Assembly: GCF_001194135.2 (NCBI RefSeq)
Contig: NC_068983.1
Coordinates: 79,707,752-79,771,751 of the forward strand
DNA length: 64,000 nt
Source of the DNA: Octopus bimaculoides
Taxonomy: Eukaryota
Direction: 5' to 3'
Position numbers and translations under genes: made by a program. Positions within the stretch are counted from its first letter, which is position 1; every line of letters starts with the position of its first letter. The notes beneath the pieces are model-generated. The model worked only from the letters and a program-made list of their open reading frames with translations, was not told the DNA's origin and made no database searches. This document shows, piece after piece, positions 1 through 14,391 of this stretch.

Positions 1-194
1 AGTCATCTTCTTTCTGTCTTATGTGTTAAAATCTCTTACCACAACTGTTTCCAGTAATAAATACCAAATGCAGTGTATTGTTGTTCTTTATACTATTCTT
101 AAACTAAAATTCAACATCTGGTCTCCATGTAAGTGTTTAGTAATAGCAAGTTAGAAGTAGGTAGTTGCTGAAAGGCTTGTAAGAAACGAAACCA

Positions 195-264
195 ATGAAT
201 GCCTTGTGAGTGAATTTGGCAAATGGAAACTGTGTGGAAACCCATATATATACACACAAAGATG

Positions 265-332
<68 letters not shown>

Positions 333-560
333 CATCTTTGTGTGTGTGTATGTCTTTGTGTTTTTCCACCATCACTACTCTTGTTTGACAATCTATGTTG
401 GTTTGTTTGCTTACTTGTAACTTATTGGTTGAGCAAGTAGTATAAGTACAAGACTTAAAATATATCCACTGGGGTCAATTGTTTGGCTAAATCCTTCAAT
501 ATGGTGCCCCAGTATGGCTATAGTCTGATGGCCGAAATGAGCAAAAAATAAAAGATAAAG
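195..560 (+). mobile_element. SINE family A, degenerate, 5'-truncated
   Basis: GCCTTGTGAGTGAATTTGG...(TA)n...tail similar to 45451-45841. Confidence 0.7.
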
Positions 561-2376
561 GAGATCCTTTTAAGGTTGATCAAAATACTAAACCAAGGAA
601 GCAGGATTGGTTAAACTATGAGAAAACCAAGTCTGTTACTTGTAGTATTTTTTCTAAGTTCTTGCATTTCTGACAACAACAACACTTTCAATGGCACTGG
701 TGCCAAGCTGTATCAGCTGAAGTTGTCAACCTTTTCTTTGGATAAACATTAGTGACATGGAGGGAGTAAACTTGCATTAATGTGCAACTGACAGACTTCC
801 TCAAATATATCATGCCTCAACTCATGATTAGCCTTGACCAACAGAGACCTTTATAGAATCTGACAGAAACAGGATTTCAATATTTCATGAAATGTAACTA
901 TTAGAACTTCTGAAGTTCTTGAAACTTTATGCTTTTATTCTTCAGCATCAGTAAAGTACATTGGTGTTACATTTCTTGATTATAAATATAAATTTTGAGT
1001 GGACAAACATTTAAACAACAATATCATATTGTAATATACATGACAGCAAATTATTTCAGTATTTATAACACTTCATGATATATATATATTTGCATATGAC
1101 AAAGATTTATCATTGTAAGTTTATAAAACTTGTACATTAATAAATATGAAGTTATAAAACCTATTGTTAATTTAATGCTCCTGCAATTGATAATCAAAAT
1201 GTATTCACCAAACTAACAAAAGATCATGATACAAAAACTATATTTTAAAACAGTCAACAGCATGTGTATAATTTAATGGTTTCATCATTTGATTATACTG
1301 TTTTTGTTTTTTTATGAATAGATATATATTTTGAGAAAATGTCTTTATGCAAAATTCTGTTTGAAAATGTAATGCAAGTATGTTTTCTGTTTTATGCTAG
1401 TAACAGAATTAATGTTTAGATAACCATATATGTATGTCTGTGTGTGTGTATATATGTGTGTGTATATATATGTGTGTGTGAGTATTTTAGAAGTTGAGGT
1501 CTCTTCAAATGTCATATGAAAGCCATTCTCTATAGTTCAAGAAGCTTCCACTTGTAATACAATATAAATGCATTACATTATCCATTGAGTACAATTTACA
1601 CTGCATATGTTATCCGATCCATATGTGTGTGTGGGGGGTAGATGTATAACTACTTTTAAGAATTTGATTTCACAATAACAAGCTCCTAGGTTCAATTCTA
1701 GTTTGTGGCATCTTGTGCAGATGTTATTTTCCATAACCTTAGGCTGACCCATATCTTGTGAGCAAAACTGGATAGACAGAAACTGTATAGAAACCTGTCA
1801 ATTGCATTGTATTCGTGATTTAAAAGTTAAAGCTTTGTCATGCACAGAATGTCACTCTGAGTCTGCCTGAGTATTGCATGAGAGTGTTCCTGTCTCTGGA
1901 ATGCTCAACTACTTAAACTTGAATTTAGGAGCAGGTGATTCAGTTGATCTGAATCCTCATCATTAAATAGTGGAAATTTACTACCACCACCACATTGTTT
2001 GTGTGTGTTTGTGTGAGGTACGGGGTGGAGCTGCAGACAAAGTTATATAGTGAAGAAGTTTACTTTACCATCATGAGATTCTGGGTTCAATCTTATTGAG
2101 TGGTTTTTTTACTGCACTCAAATTTTCATTACCCTTAACCATGGAGAGTAGTTTTATATAGCAATCTGATTTTTGTTGGGGAATGTCATTTTTGAAACTA
2201 TTTCTTGTTGAATTATTTCAAGTTTGTTGAGGCAACATGAGTGCAGAAAATATCAGTTCTATTCTTTGTTTGGTATGTATCACTACTGAAATAATCATGA
2301 AATCTGATTTTGCAGGTAAAGGGCTATGCAAGTTCTTTACTCATGGATAGATGCACACGTGTATGTATGTGTATAT

Positions 2377-2927
2377 AACATATATATATATATTCTTATG
2401 TTGGGGTGAAAACATCTATACTTACTCTAAAGTGACCTGTATTCATGGCCAATTCAGATTTCCTCCTTTACAGCGAAGTCCACACTGTAGTTTGTATCTT
2501 CACAAGCAGTTAAAGATGGACCTATCAATATACTCAATCTGGGGTCAATATAATCAAATTAGAGCCCTTGAAGTTAGGGCCCAGAGATGGCCAAATTCAC
2601 TGAAATTAAAAAGTCGAGNNNNNNNNNNNNNNNTATATATATATATATATATACATACACACACACACACACACACACACACGCAAACATATATATATAT
2701 ATTCTTATGTTGGGGTGAAAACATCTATACTTACTCTAAAGTGACCTGTATTCATGGCCAATTCAGATTTCCTCCTTTACAGCGAAGTCCACACTGTAGT
2801 TTGTATCTTCACAAGCAGTTAAAGATGGACCTATCAATATACTCAATCTGGGGTCAATATAATCAAATTAGAGCCCTTGAAGTTAGGGCCCAGAGATGGC
2901 CAAATTCACTGAAATTAAAAAGTCGAG
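2377..2927. other. 242-bp direct duplication spanning a 15-N gap (2619-2633), likely assembly artefact
   Basis: 2377-2618 appears identical to 2686-2927. Confidence 0.85.
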
Positions 2928-5214
2928 TGGGTGTGTGTGAGTGTGTACATGTGTATTTCTGTTTCCACCATCGTCATTTTACCATTTGGTTATCCTTGCA
3001 CCATTGAACACCCTTCCTGTCACGAGCCCTCACCTGTTTTCAAGCAATGTAATATTTCCCCATTACCAGACATGTTTTTAGGGTGATGTGAATAAATTAC
3101 CCTGCTTGTATAAGAGTGACACTCATATACAACTATCATGTGATGTCAAGATAATGGGACATAAACACACAAACCCATATGCAAGCACTCGCACTCATAC
3201 ACATGCATGCACTCACACATATAGGTATAGGACTTTATGTAGTTTCTGTCAACCAAATTCTCTCAAAAGTCTTTCATAAGCCCAGGGATATTATAATAGA
3301 AGACTGAACCCAAAACCATGTACTTGGGAAGTGGACTTCTGGCCCATGCTTGTACATGTATTTAGTGATATATTTTTCTGGCTTCAGTTATTGAGCCGTG
3401 TTAATACTGGGGCACTACTTTCTTGTTGGTATAGTCAATCGTATTAACTCCAGTTTTTATTTTGTCAATCTCAGAAGGATGAAAATTGAAGTGGACCAAG
3501 AAAATATAGGAATTCCAAACATAAAAGTATGTATCTGGAATATCACATCATATTTTATCTGACACTCAACTGATTCTACTGCACAGTGTGTTTAAGTATC
3601 TTTAGAAAATGCTGAAGCATGAAATTCTGAATATTTTTAATAAGCTAAAGGAAAAGAAAATTTTTTTATTTAATTTTCAAAATTTAATTTTGCTATTTAT
3701 GTTGTATGAGTTACAGGTTATGTGAATGGTAAAATAACCTACCCACTGTACCCTCTAATGAAATTCAATAGGTTATGTTTACTTACATAATTACATAGTG
3801 AACCAATTTCTTTGAGATATTGATAGATATAATAGTCAGTGGTGCAAAATATATTCAAACACTGACATTCTCTTGTTTGCATATGTTAATTTTTCAGTTA
3901 AATAGTCAGTCAAATATTTGTTTCAATTATGTGAGTGTGTGGCAGTAGGTGCACGTTAAACATTGTCCTGCTAAACGTCTGAGGTGAGTTGTCATTAATA
4001 AGATTAACAGTTTTTTTACTATTAACCTCGTTTTTAGAGATAAAAGATGAAAGAGTTTTTCAATATTTACATTATTTTCAATATTTACATGAATACTGCA
4101 CTTCGATCGATTTGATCTCTGATTGACATCAGCTGTCTTATTCTTGGATGTGTACATAGTACCAGACTGGATTTTCAACTAAGAATTGTTAATTCAAAAT
4201 TAAGGTAAATAACATTCCTATCAACTAAGCCACAAGCACTTATATCACTTGCTTCATATTTCTTTTACTGGTTAAGAGTACTCTTACTCTTAGTTTAGAA
4301 ATAGAGATCACTAGTTCAAAACCATATTATGTACAACTGCTAGAAATAAGACACCTGATGCTGATCAGATCACTCAAACTGACTGATCTCTTCTGTACTA
4401 TAGATGTAAAGATTGAACAATCTTCCATTTCTAAAGATGAAGTTAATAATCTAAAACATAATAATCATGTTTTAATTAGCTTCCATCAAAAATAAGACAT
4501 GGAAGAGAACAACAAATAATAAGTTAATATATTCATTATTTTATGTAGTATTTGTATAAATCATAGCTAATTTAGTATTATTAAATTATACTCAGTTGTA
4601 CTGAAATTTCATTAACAGCACATTTGTGACATTTTTCATCTCCATTACCTCTTATTTACCAAATAGGCTTGTCCACTCATTAATTATCTATTACCTAACA
4701 GTTTATTAATACATCACTGGTGTCACTAACTATGATTCTACTTTTCAAATACTTGAGGCAATTTATAGCAAGTCATTTTAAAGAAGATTTTATATACTAT
4801 TTTTTTTGGTGAGCAGGCACCAAGCACCAGGGGAATCAATTGACAAATTCCTTTAGGCTTAGTGAACTCTTAGAAGGACTGTAATTGCAAAGCCAGCACT
4901 GCAAATCAGTGATGTACAGAATCGATCAGGGACGCTTTTATTAGGAGTTTAATAGTTCAGCACATCTTATGCATCCAATAACACCTGTAAAGCTATGTAA
5001 TGGTTGCTGAACTAATATAAATACTATTTGTGTTTATGTAAAGGTTGCTGATATTTGTGCGTGCTTGATATGGTTGTAATGTAAGACGTTAACTTCTCAA
5101 CCATATGGTTTTGGGTTTAGTAGCATTGTTCTACTGTAACTGTGGACATACCAAACACTTGCAGGTAGATTTGGTTGAAAGAATCCATTTGTACATAAAC
5201 ACACACACACATAT

Positions 5215-5319
<105 letters not shown>

Positions 5320-5599
5320 CTTTATTTGTGGACTAAGGTTATCATTGGTTTCTTGTTAAGAGCTTCCTTTGCATGATGCCAACGCAGTGTTGAGCACTCA
5401 TTGTCCGTGTTCAATATTTACATATGTGTGTGTGTCTTCTGGTTTTGGCATTATGCAGTAGTTATAAGCAACAGTCACTGACATCCAATCTATTGTATAA
5501 ATATATCTGGCCTTGTAGAAATATTATCTTCCTTGGAGTCAAGTGAGGGTTGGTGAAAGGAAGGGCATCCATATAAAATATTTGAAAATCTGCCTCAAT

Positions 5600-5880
5600 G
5601 AATCTGTAGTGGCGCGTGTGGCCGCCAACTTGGGAAGTGCCATTGCGCATGTGCAAGGGACTTGCTGTCAGCGGAAGTACCCGAGCACGCATGCGCAATG
5701 CAACAAGTGGAGAGAGAGCAATAGCATTCGACCTCTTCTCTATCTAGCAGCTGTCATGACAACACGTTCTTCCAGTGCTCTCTCAACTCGATACCGACAT
5801 GTGGTCGAAGCTTCCTTGATATTCTAGCGGCATGCCTGTTCACCCAGGAACGAAACGGCTCTACACCAACCTAGAATAAA
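5600..5880. promoter_or_regulatory. CpG-rich promoter-like island, possibly bidirectional
   Basis: The only non-repeat CpG-dense stretch I found in the window. YY1-like GCCGCCAACTTG 5621-5632 (1 mismatch to GCCGCCATCTTG), NRF1-like TGCGCATGTGCA 5644-5655 and CACGCATGCGCA 5686-5697, ETS/GABP-like GCGGAAGT 5671-5678. Confidence 0.7.
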
Positions 5881-6839
5881 TTATTGATCTGTTGTTACCA
5901 TTATCCCTCGTGTTGTTGTATTTCTGGATTTTAATGATTAATATAAGAACTGGGGAGAGATGGCCGAGCCGTCATATCTCATCCAATTCTTATAAATCCC
6001 ATCTGACCCAAGCAAAAATGGTAAAGTAAACATAAACATCATGATGGCATGAGTTGGACGACTCATCAGGGGCTGGTTAGCTGGAGGACTACAGCAAGCA
6101 AGTGGAGTAGTATTGAGGTGATTTTATGCTGGGTGATTAGATAAAGTATGAAAGAGGGACAAGAACAGGTGTCTTACTGCAGGGGAGATACGTGGTTACC
6201 CCAGCTGAAAGGGGAGGATGATGGCAGTGAAGATGTGTCAGGTGAATACAGGTGGATGCAAGGTCAATCATGAATGTGTTGGTGGGGTGGCTAGCTAGGA
6301 TAAGTAGGTAATGATCAATGAGGTGATAGGTGGCAGCATAATGACGTAGGGTGGGGATAGTGTGTGAGAGGGATGCATAGTGCTATGGACAAATTGAGAG
6401 GTGCACATGAGTGGAAATGGTGAGACGCAGAGACAGGGTTAATGATGGGGAGTGACACTGGCAAAACAAGGAACACTGCAGAGGAAGCGGGTATAAAAGG
6501 GGTGTTCAGCAGAATAAGGCAGTAAGGGATGATACCGAGAGAGCATAAGGAAGTGGTCTCATAATTACAGCAGCTGAGTGAATATTTCTGTAGTTAGGAG
6601 TGTGATGAGCTGGTAGGTCTTAGGAGGATGAGTTGTAGGAGAGACAGCTGATTGGAAAATGGATTGTAGGGTAGGTGATTTGTCAAGAAGGGACTGGGTG
6701 CATGGACATGGATTGTGAGGGTGAGAGAGAGGGAATATTTGTTCTTGTCAGATCGGGTGCAGGGGCATAGATAGATGCAACATGCTTTTGAGGCTTCACT
6801 TTTGTTTAGGTGAATGGGTTTTCTCAATTACCAATCATT

Positions 6840-7347
6840 TTGGTCCTTTGTCATCTCCTCTGTGAGGCTTAACATCTGGAGGTGATTCTTTACCACTTCA
6901 CCCTATATCTTTCTGGATCTTTCTCTTCCATGGGTTCCATCTACACTTAACGATCAGCATTTCTTTATGTAGCTATCCTCATCCATATGCATCACATGAC
7001 AATACTAATAGTCTTCTCTCTTGCTCACTACATCCATTGCCCCTTATGCCAATTTTTTCTCTCAACACATTTGCACTTTGTTGTACATGCATACTGACAT
7101 TGCTCATTCAGTTAAGCATGCTAGCTTCACTTCTTTCAGGCTGTCACATTTCCTTAGCAGTCAAAGCCCATCGTCCAATCCATGTAGTATTTTGTTTCAT
7201 GCATAAGCATCATGAAAGCAACCTTTCACTCTGAAGAGAAGCCTTCATTACCAAAAGATGTAGTAACTCTCTGAATGTTCGCCACCTGGTTCTTATTCTA
7301 ACAACTATGCTAACTCTGCTTTGAGAGCATCCTCCTGAGCATTTAAA

Positions 7348-7348
<1 letters not shown>
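6840..7348 (-). mobile_element. Degenerate RTE-clade LINE, 3' part of the RT ORF
   Basis: Minus strand reads ...VRIRTRWRTFRELLHLL... and ...GEVVKNHLQMLSLTEEMTK, colinear with the better preserved copy at 21360-21909. Confidence 0.85.
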
Positions 7349-7412
<64 letters not shown>

Positions 7413-8214
7413 TATATATATACTTTAAATGCTCAGGAGGATCCTTAGAAGGAGTAGCCTAGAGGTAGTTGATAGTTTTTGTAAGGGTGTACGCACACTT
7501 TTGGACTCCTGTAAGTACATATATATATCTAAATTCTGTACAGCTCTCTTACTCTTTCTCTTAGCCCTCTTCACAATTTCTTCGTTCTTTCAACTTCTCT
7601 TTTTCTCCTTCCTCTTCTCTCACATTTCTTGGCCTTCCCTTCATTCTCAGTTTCCCTCCTCTTTTACCTCACCCTGTCCCTTTCCTTTCTTTTTCTCCCT
7701 AATTCTTCAATCCCTCTGCCCCTACCTCTCTTCTCTCCTTCCAAGCCTGACCTTTCTTTGGTTCGACTATCATCCATGTAGCATCTCTTATATTCCTTCC
7801 CATGACTTTCATCTCTTATGTCCCTGCCATAAGGCTTCACTTCCACACATGCCAGTTTAATTTAATTTGTCCTTAGTCAAAAGACACCTGTTGTTAATGT
7901 TCTGTTGTTAATGTTCTGTTGTTTGTATCTGTAATTGTGTACCATTTCTCCATTTTTTTCATCCTTGTCTTTGTATACATTTGCTTGCTTTCTTCCAAGG
8001 AATCTAGTGTGCTTAGCTTAGATTTTCTTGGGGCCAACCAGATTGGAGTAGTCTTGAGCGTAACCGACCGAAACTGCTACGATAATCAGGTACTCGACTG
8101 AGGATAGGAAACTCCGTATGACCTGTCCTTCTTTTTTCCTGTCCTCTTTTTTATCGTCTAACTGTCCAGATGTTTTGTTGTCTCCTGTCACATTCTTGTT
8201 CTATTTTTTGTTTG

Positions 8215-8265
<51 letters not shown>

Positions 8266-10798
8266 TAAAAGATGCTGTTGTGCAATTAGTTTTTTAAGTT
8301 AACATGATTATTACTGTATCACCCCAGAATAAGAAGATCAGGAATTAAAAATATTTTAGGCAGAACCATCAAGTCTTTTGTATATCCAAGATTATATTAT
8401 CTAAAGTGTCTATAACTTTTCAAGTTGGTAAAATGGTATTTGAAATGAGACTGGGGTGCCATCTATAGCTTGTTGAATGGCCATGTAGAGGCTTCCACAT
8501 TGGCTTGAAAATAATATGGTTTTCAAGAAACGTATGTTCTACCTACGTATTGTTTTCAGGTTATAGTTCTGTTCTCTACCAAAATTTTAACACATTTACT
8601 TATCATTATTCTTCAGTTTGTTGTATATATTTATTATTAATGGTTGTTTGTGCATAATTACCAAGAATTATCTTATAGATGATAGTGATAAAAAAATATT
8701 TTTTTCTTTTATTGCTATCATGAAGCACATTTTATTCATGAGATATTAGTTAGCATTTAAAAAATAATTTGTAAAACTCTTTGATTATGTCAAAAATATT
8801 ATTTCTTACTGTTTTTAATAACAGTTGTGTTGTAACTGTCTCTTTGATAGTAATACTGATAAAACTCCCTCAAATCACGCCCTTTTATCTTAAAGAAAGA
8901 ATAACATACTATCTCATGTTACCCAAGATATTCTGTCAGAAAAACAGATGTACAGGTACTAGATGCATTAATTTGAGAGTTTGATCAACACTCAGATGGA
9001 GCTAAAGAATAATATAAATATGCACATGAACCTTCAATTGTATATACATTTCAAAACATAGAAAAATGTTCAATTCTTGAAAAAATATTGTGTAACTGAA
9101 TGATACACTAGACTATGTCATGATCCTTGATTTTTCTCTCTTTAAAAAAAGAAAAACAAGAAAGAAAGGATGATCACTGCAGAAATATCTTTGATCATAT
9201 ATCTGCTTGGATCAGGTTTGACTTGCCTCTGAACAAACAAGAAAAGCCACTCTTTCACACATGAACTCTGTGTATCTTACCTCCCAGATTTCATTTTCCC
9301 AATTACTTTCTAAATTGAATTGTAATCCTTTAGAGTTGCAACTTCAACACACCTAAGTATTTCCTACAATACATCCAATTGCAGAACATTAAGTTGAAAA
9401 TCAATCATATCAAACATATTAATGTGGAGAGGGGCTGGAGTACATGCAAGGACTTTATGCTCAATCCCTGCTTTCAATTCAATTAAAACTATGAATTTAC
9501 AAAGTAAATTAAAAGAAAACTGTATTCATTATAGCAGAGGTTTTGTAAATCAGATAAATCTTGCAACTTCAGAATGCTGTTGTTACTAAAATTTTGAAGA
9601 TAATTTTCTGTTGTTATGGACACAATTTGAAATATTTATTTCACATCTTAAAATAACTTCAAACACATTTGTTGTATTCTTATGTCATATAAATGAAATT
9701 TCATCTTTTTCATAGGCCAATAATAATTCTATCCAGAACAATTTTAATAAATATCAAAGCTCATTATTAGCATGAACATATTTTCAAGTTTATATTTATG
9801 AGAAAATACATAAAAAGAAAGCTAGTAGGAATATATATAAAAATATTTACATAAAACTTTGTAATTCAAAGTTCTGATAAAATTATAGCTTATTCAATCA
9901 ACTAGTTGTTTTTTATAACCCTTTTCAAAAATATATTCTATCATATATCTCGGTTTCCATGTAATTGTGTAGAAAGGGAAAAATAAAATACTGAAGACAA
10001 TAGCTTTATAAATATGACATATATCATAATACAGTGAAGGATCGTTTATTCTTTATAAGAAATATATTCTTAAAAATATAAATAAATCTGTTGTTTATGT
10101 GTGTGCATGTATTTGTATACACACACACACACACACACACACATGATTGTCAGTATGAAACAACATTTACAAGTACATTATGTTGTTGTTATATTTTGAA
10201 AATTAGGAATATTGGATTTATTACTTCAGGATCAGTAAACATGATTCTAATAGCTGATAATCAGTTATAAAATTCTAAACCCATTTATTTCTGTCTCTTG
10301 CAGTTCTCCATGTGACAATTTTGGGGAAAGAGTTTTTAGCAAATTCAATTTGTGCATCAATTCTCCTAAATGAAGCAGCAATGTTTAATTCATTTTAAAA
10401 TTTATGTTGTCTGTATAAACAAGATAAGTTTACATTTTCACTATAAAAGAAAAAGTTTTAAATAAACCCAATATTTAATTATGATCTAATTTTAATGATA
10501 TTCACAATAGATTATTAAATATTTATGGGTATAATAAAGTTTAAAAGAAACATAGAGATGTGTTTTCTATATTCAAGGAAACTGAAGAAATTAAGTATTA
10601 ATGTTTTAAATTATGCTTCTGATATACAATAATATCTGTCAAGCTTGATCTAGGACTAGCAGACAACAGGCAAACAGCTGACATCAAGAAAGCAGACTGA
10701 TAATCTATTTGTGTTGATAAGACAGATAGTTGAAAATCTATTTATGTAAACTAAACAGGTTCAACCTATCTATGCTGAATATTTGGGTGCAAAGTGCT

Positions 10799-10936
10799 TA
10801 TGTTGACAACACACAATACGCTTATGTTGACTACATAATATGTACTTGTATGTTGACAACATGAAAGCAATGTCCTTATGTTGATTAGCTGGAAGCAATG
10901 TTATGTTGACTGCAGTTACTATTTGCTTATGTTGAC
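10799..10936. repeat. Degenerate array of six TATGTTGA(C/T) motifs, period 24-28 bp
   Basis: Motif starts at 10799, 10823, 10849, 10877, 10902 and 10928, with divergent spacers. Confidence 0.9.
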
Positions 10937-13203
10937 TAGGTGGACTTAATATTTTTATATTAATTATATGGACATAATATTCTTTTACTCATTTCAGTCC
11001 TTAGGCTGTGGCTATGCTGGAGCACCTTGCTAATTTTTGTTACACAGACACAGTCAGATCATGCATAAATATTATTTCATGAATATACTTTTCATTCCTG
11101 CAGCCTTCACAACTGATTATTTTATAGCCTCTATAAAAAAATAGATACATTAAATGGCTCTTACAGAATATGAATTTAGAAATATGAGATATCAAGTAAA
11201 ATATTTTTCTGGTGACAAACCATTCTCATATCAGGTATAAATCCATCATTTTTCATAACTGAAGAAAAAACTGTAAACCAATCTTAATATTTTGACATTT
11301 ATTTACATGCATACAAGCTATGCTGTATCAGCTGAAGTGCAGAATTCTTCTTGAGATTTCTTCCATAATTCTCTCTCTATATTCAGTCACCATGGAGATT
11401 TTGAAAGCTTTTAGATATGCATGGTATTTCATTCACATTTATAGAAACTCACATGCAAAAATATTCAATGCATGTAAGACCTTCATGATTCATAATTTGA
11501 TTTCTCCTCCTCATTATATATATATATATACTCACAAAGTTATATTCCATTACTCTTCACTCTTACTTCTCATAGAATTCTTTTGAGCTAACAAGAAAGT
11601 CTCTAACACTCTCTCTGCTAGAACTAGCAGCCAAATCTACTTCATATAATACACTAGTCTCTTTTTTAAAAAAAGAGGAAGGACACGTGATATAATTGTT
11701 GTCCTAGGTGCACTGCGTGTGAAAAAAAACAAGATGGCTATCACTAAAATGCCTTTGGTCATAAATCTGCTCAATTCTGGTTGATTTACATTTAATTATC
11801 ATTAACACTATTAAACACAGTTACTCACTCACATTCATTATCTCTCTCATACACTCAACTGCATATGTTGCTGTCATTATTGGGTTTTTTAAAGGATGGA
11901 CATCTTGGACAGTTCAGGTACCAAGATGTGACAAAATTTCAATATACACTGTTGTTTTTTAACATTATTCACAGGCCACTGGAGGAACATTTGTCTTAAA
12001 GCAACATTTATTTTTTTAAGAGAAACAAGAGCACCACATTGCGAGTATAGAGAGAAATTTTGAAACGCATATAAATTGGAAGAACAACAAGTGTATGGCA
12101 ATGTTCCTGCTGATATTTTCATGCCTTACAAGAATAATCTTGTTTGTTTTGTTTCTCCCTATCCACTTACCCATTCTCATGTAGGCTTTTCTCCTTTTTG
12201 TGATGATGGTGGTGGGGGATCACATCTGCTGGCACGGAAGTGTTTCAAGGATGTGATATTTTACATGACAGCAACCTTTCATTCTGATATTTATTTTCCT
12301 ATTACTGAAACATATAATATGTATATACTTTGTTATCAGACATTTGTCCTGGCTTGTTTATGCACAACATGGAGTTTGTATTTATTTCAGGTTAAGTTGT
12401 TAGTTATAAGCAAGAAAGAAGTCTGAGTTGATTCCTTTCATTGAAAGTGGAGGGGCAGTGGATTGACGTCTTGTGATACATCAAGTTTTGTAATAAAACA
12501 TTGTCAGACGTTGAAACATCTTATATAACATAAAGATTAATATCTATTGTCTAGTTAGTCAGAAAATTGGTACATATCCAAGTATTTTGATAATGTTTTT
12601 TGTAGCAAGGAAAGGAATTCAGTTGGATTAAGTATCGGTTATAATCACAAAACTTAATGCCAAGGCAATGATTGGAACCGTTGCACTAATGGTTCCAACT
12701 TTGAGTTTACAGGCTTCTCTGAGGTGGCCAGCAAAAATCCGAACTAGAGATCTCTGAGCCGAGTTCAAAATTTACTACATACACAGTCCTTTCAAAAACC
12801 TTACGTTTTGGAAGAAATTTATTTAAAACGTGGGCCCTTCGTAGTGAAAATGTTGAGAAGCATGGCTCCACATAGCTGCTTGGTCTGTTAGAAATATCAA
12901 CCAAATTCTGTGTTTGATCATAACATAATGTCTTTTAAAAAAAAGGAGAAATGCATTGGGTAGTGTTGTACTGAGAGAAAGATGTAATTCTCCTTTTACT
13001 GGTTTCAGTCATTGGACTGTGGCCAAGCTGGAGCACTACCTTCATATAATTTTATTGAATTATATTGATCTCAGGACTCTGATAAATATGAAAATGAAAA
13101 GTGAGCAATGATGTGACAGGAGATAACATTGTCAAATTGCAATATTGTGGTGTATTTCTGTTTGAATATGCTCATTTATATAAATGAGCACACACCCATA
13201 CAT

Positions 13204-13235
<32 letters not shown>

Positions 13236-13499
13236 CACATATGCTTGTACACAGTATCAGAAGACAATAATAAGCCTCAGGCTGTGTTAGGAATTATACT
13301 CTGAACTACACAGTTGCAAAACAAACCTCTTAGCAGTACAACTACTACTGCATCTAATAATGTTGTCTAACTTAGAACACCTTTGATTATAAGTCTGTTC
13401 ATTTTGAGCTGACCTGGGGCAAAATGACACCAGCAATAACACTTAATCTTTAAATGTGCAAACATATCTAAAATTTTTTTTTTTAGTATAAACACAAGC

Positions 13500-13880
13500 A
13501 TGGCTGTTAGGTTAAGAAGCTCACTTTACAACTACATGGTTTCAGGTTCAGTCCCACTGCATAGCACCTCGGGGAAGTGCCATCTGTTATAACCTGGTCT
13601 GACCAGTGCCTTGTGGGTAAATTTGGCAGATGTAAACTATGTGGTAACCCATACACACCCATGTGTATATATGTTTGTGTATGTCCCACAACTGCTTGAC
13701 AACCAGTGTTAGTTTGTTTACATCCCCATAACTAAGTGGTTTCATCGAGAGAGACTAACAGAATAAGTACCAGACTTTGATAAAATAAGTACTGGGATTG
13801 ATCTGTTCAACTAAACACTTCAAAGCGGTATTCCAGCATGGCCACAGTAAAATGAGTGAAACAAGTAAAAGATAAAAGAT
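13500..13880 (+). mobile_element. SINE family A
   Basis: Head with GGTTCAGTCCCACTGC; tail GAAACAAGTAAAAGATAAAAG. Confidence 0.8.
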
Positions 13881-14391
13881 AGAATGGCAAACCATAAATA
13901 TCTGAATGTTTTGTTGCTTTTGCCATTTCAATATTGGGGTGATTTACAGAAACCATTGAATAGAATGCTGTTTAGCACATAGTTATGAATTTTTACATCA
14001 ATTTCAAATTCCACCAGAGTTGGTTCTACCTCTCATCCTTCTGGAATTGCTAAAATTCTGGAAGGATGCATGGGGTCAGTCTTAATTTCCTAACATCTAC
14101 TCTTCATTCAATATTTAAGACCAGGTACCTATGTTAAAAATCTATAACAGTAAATAAATTTTTAATTGTTTCTGCTTCTCTGAATCTGTTTGGGTTACCA
14201 TTTCTAGAATTAAAATTCTAATATTTGATCTGTCATTATAGTAAACAAACTCCTTAGAAAAGGTTAAAATTTTTACTGAAATGTCATTACTTACTCTCAT
14301 TTCCTTTATTTTCCTTATTTCATGAAGAATTTTCTATGGAGACATTTCCCATAACAATACTACACTGAATAGCACTTGTCTTTTATTCAGT

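Noticed and set aside
111-440. YI/IY-repeat ORFs here and at other TA, CA and GA tracts
   Set aside because: Translations of microsatellites, which lack stops in several frames.
2351-3007. 218-aa ORF with an internal repeat
   Set aside because: The repeat is an apparently identical 242-bp duplication across a gap, and the sequence includes a SINE remnant.
5754-5870. Minus-strand exon-like frame VGVEPFRSWVNRHAARISRKLRPHVGIELREHWKNVLS*
   Set aside because: Moderate acceptor and no recognised homology; the GC-rich promoter context explains the open frame. Not fully excluded.
10799-10936. CRISPR-like repeat-spacer appearance
   Set aside because: Eukaryotic context, 9-nt non-palindromic core, spacers too short and partly related to each other, no cas genes. 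Kept only as a motif array.
11895-12400. Cluster of small exon-like segments on both strands
   Set aside because: No consistent reading frame or recognisable peptide could be assembled.
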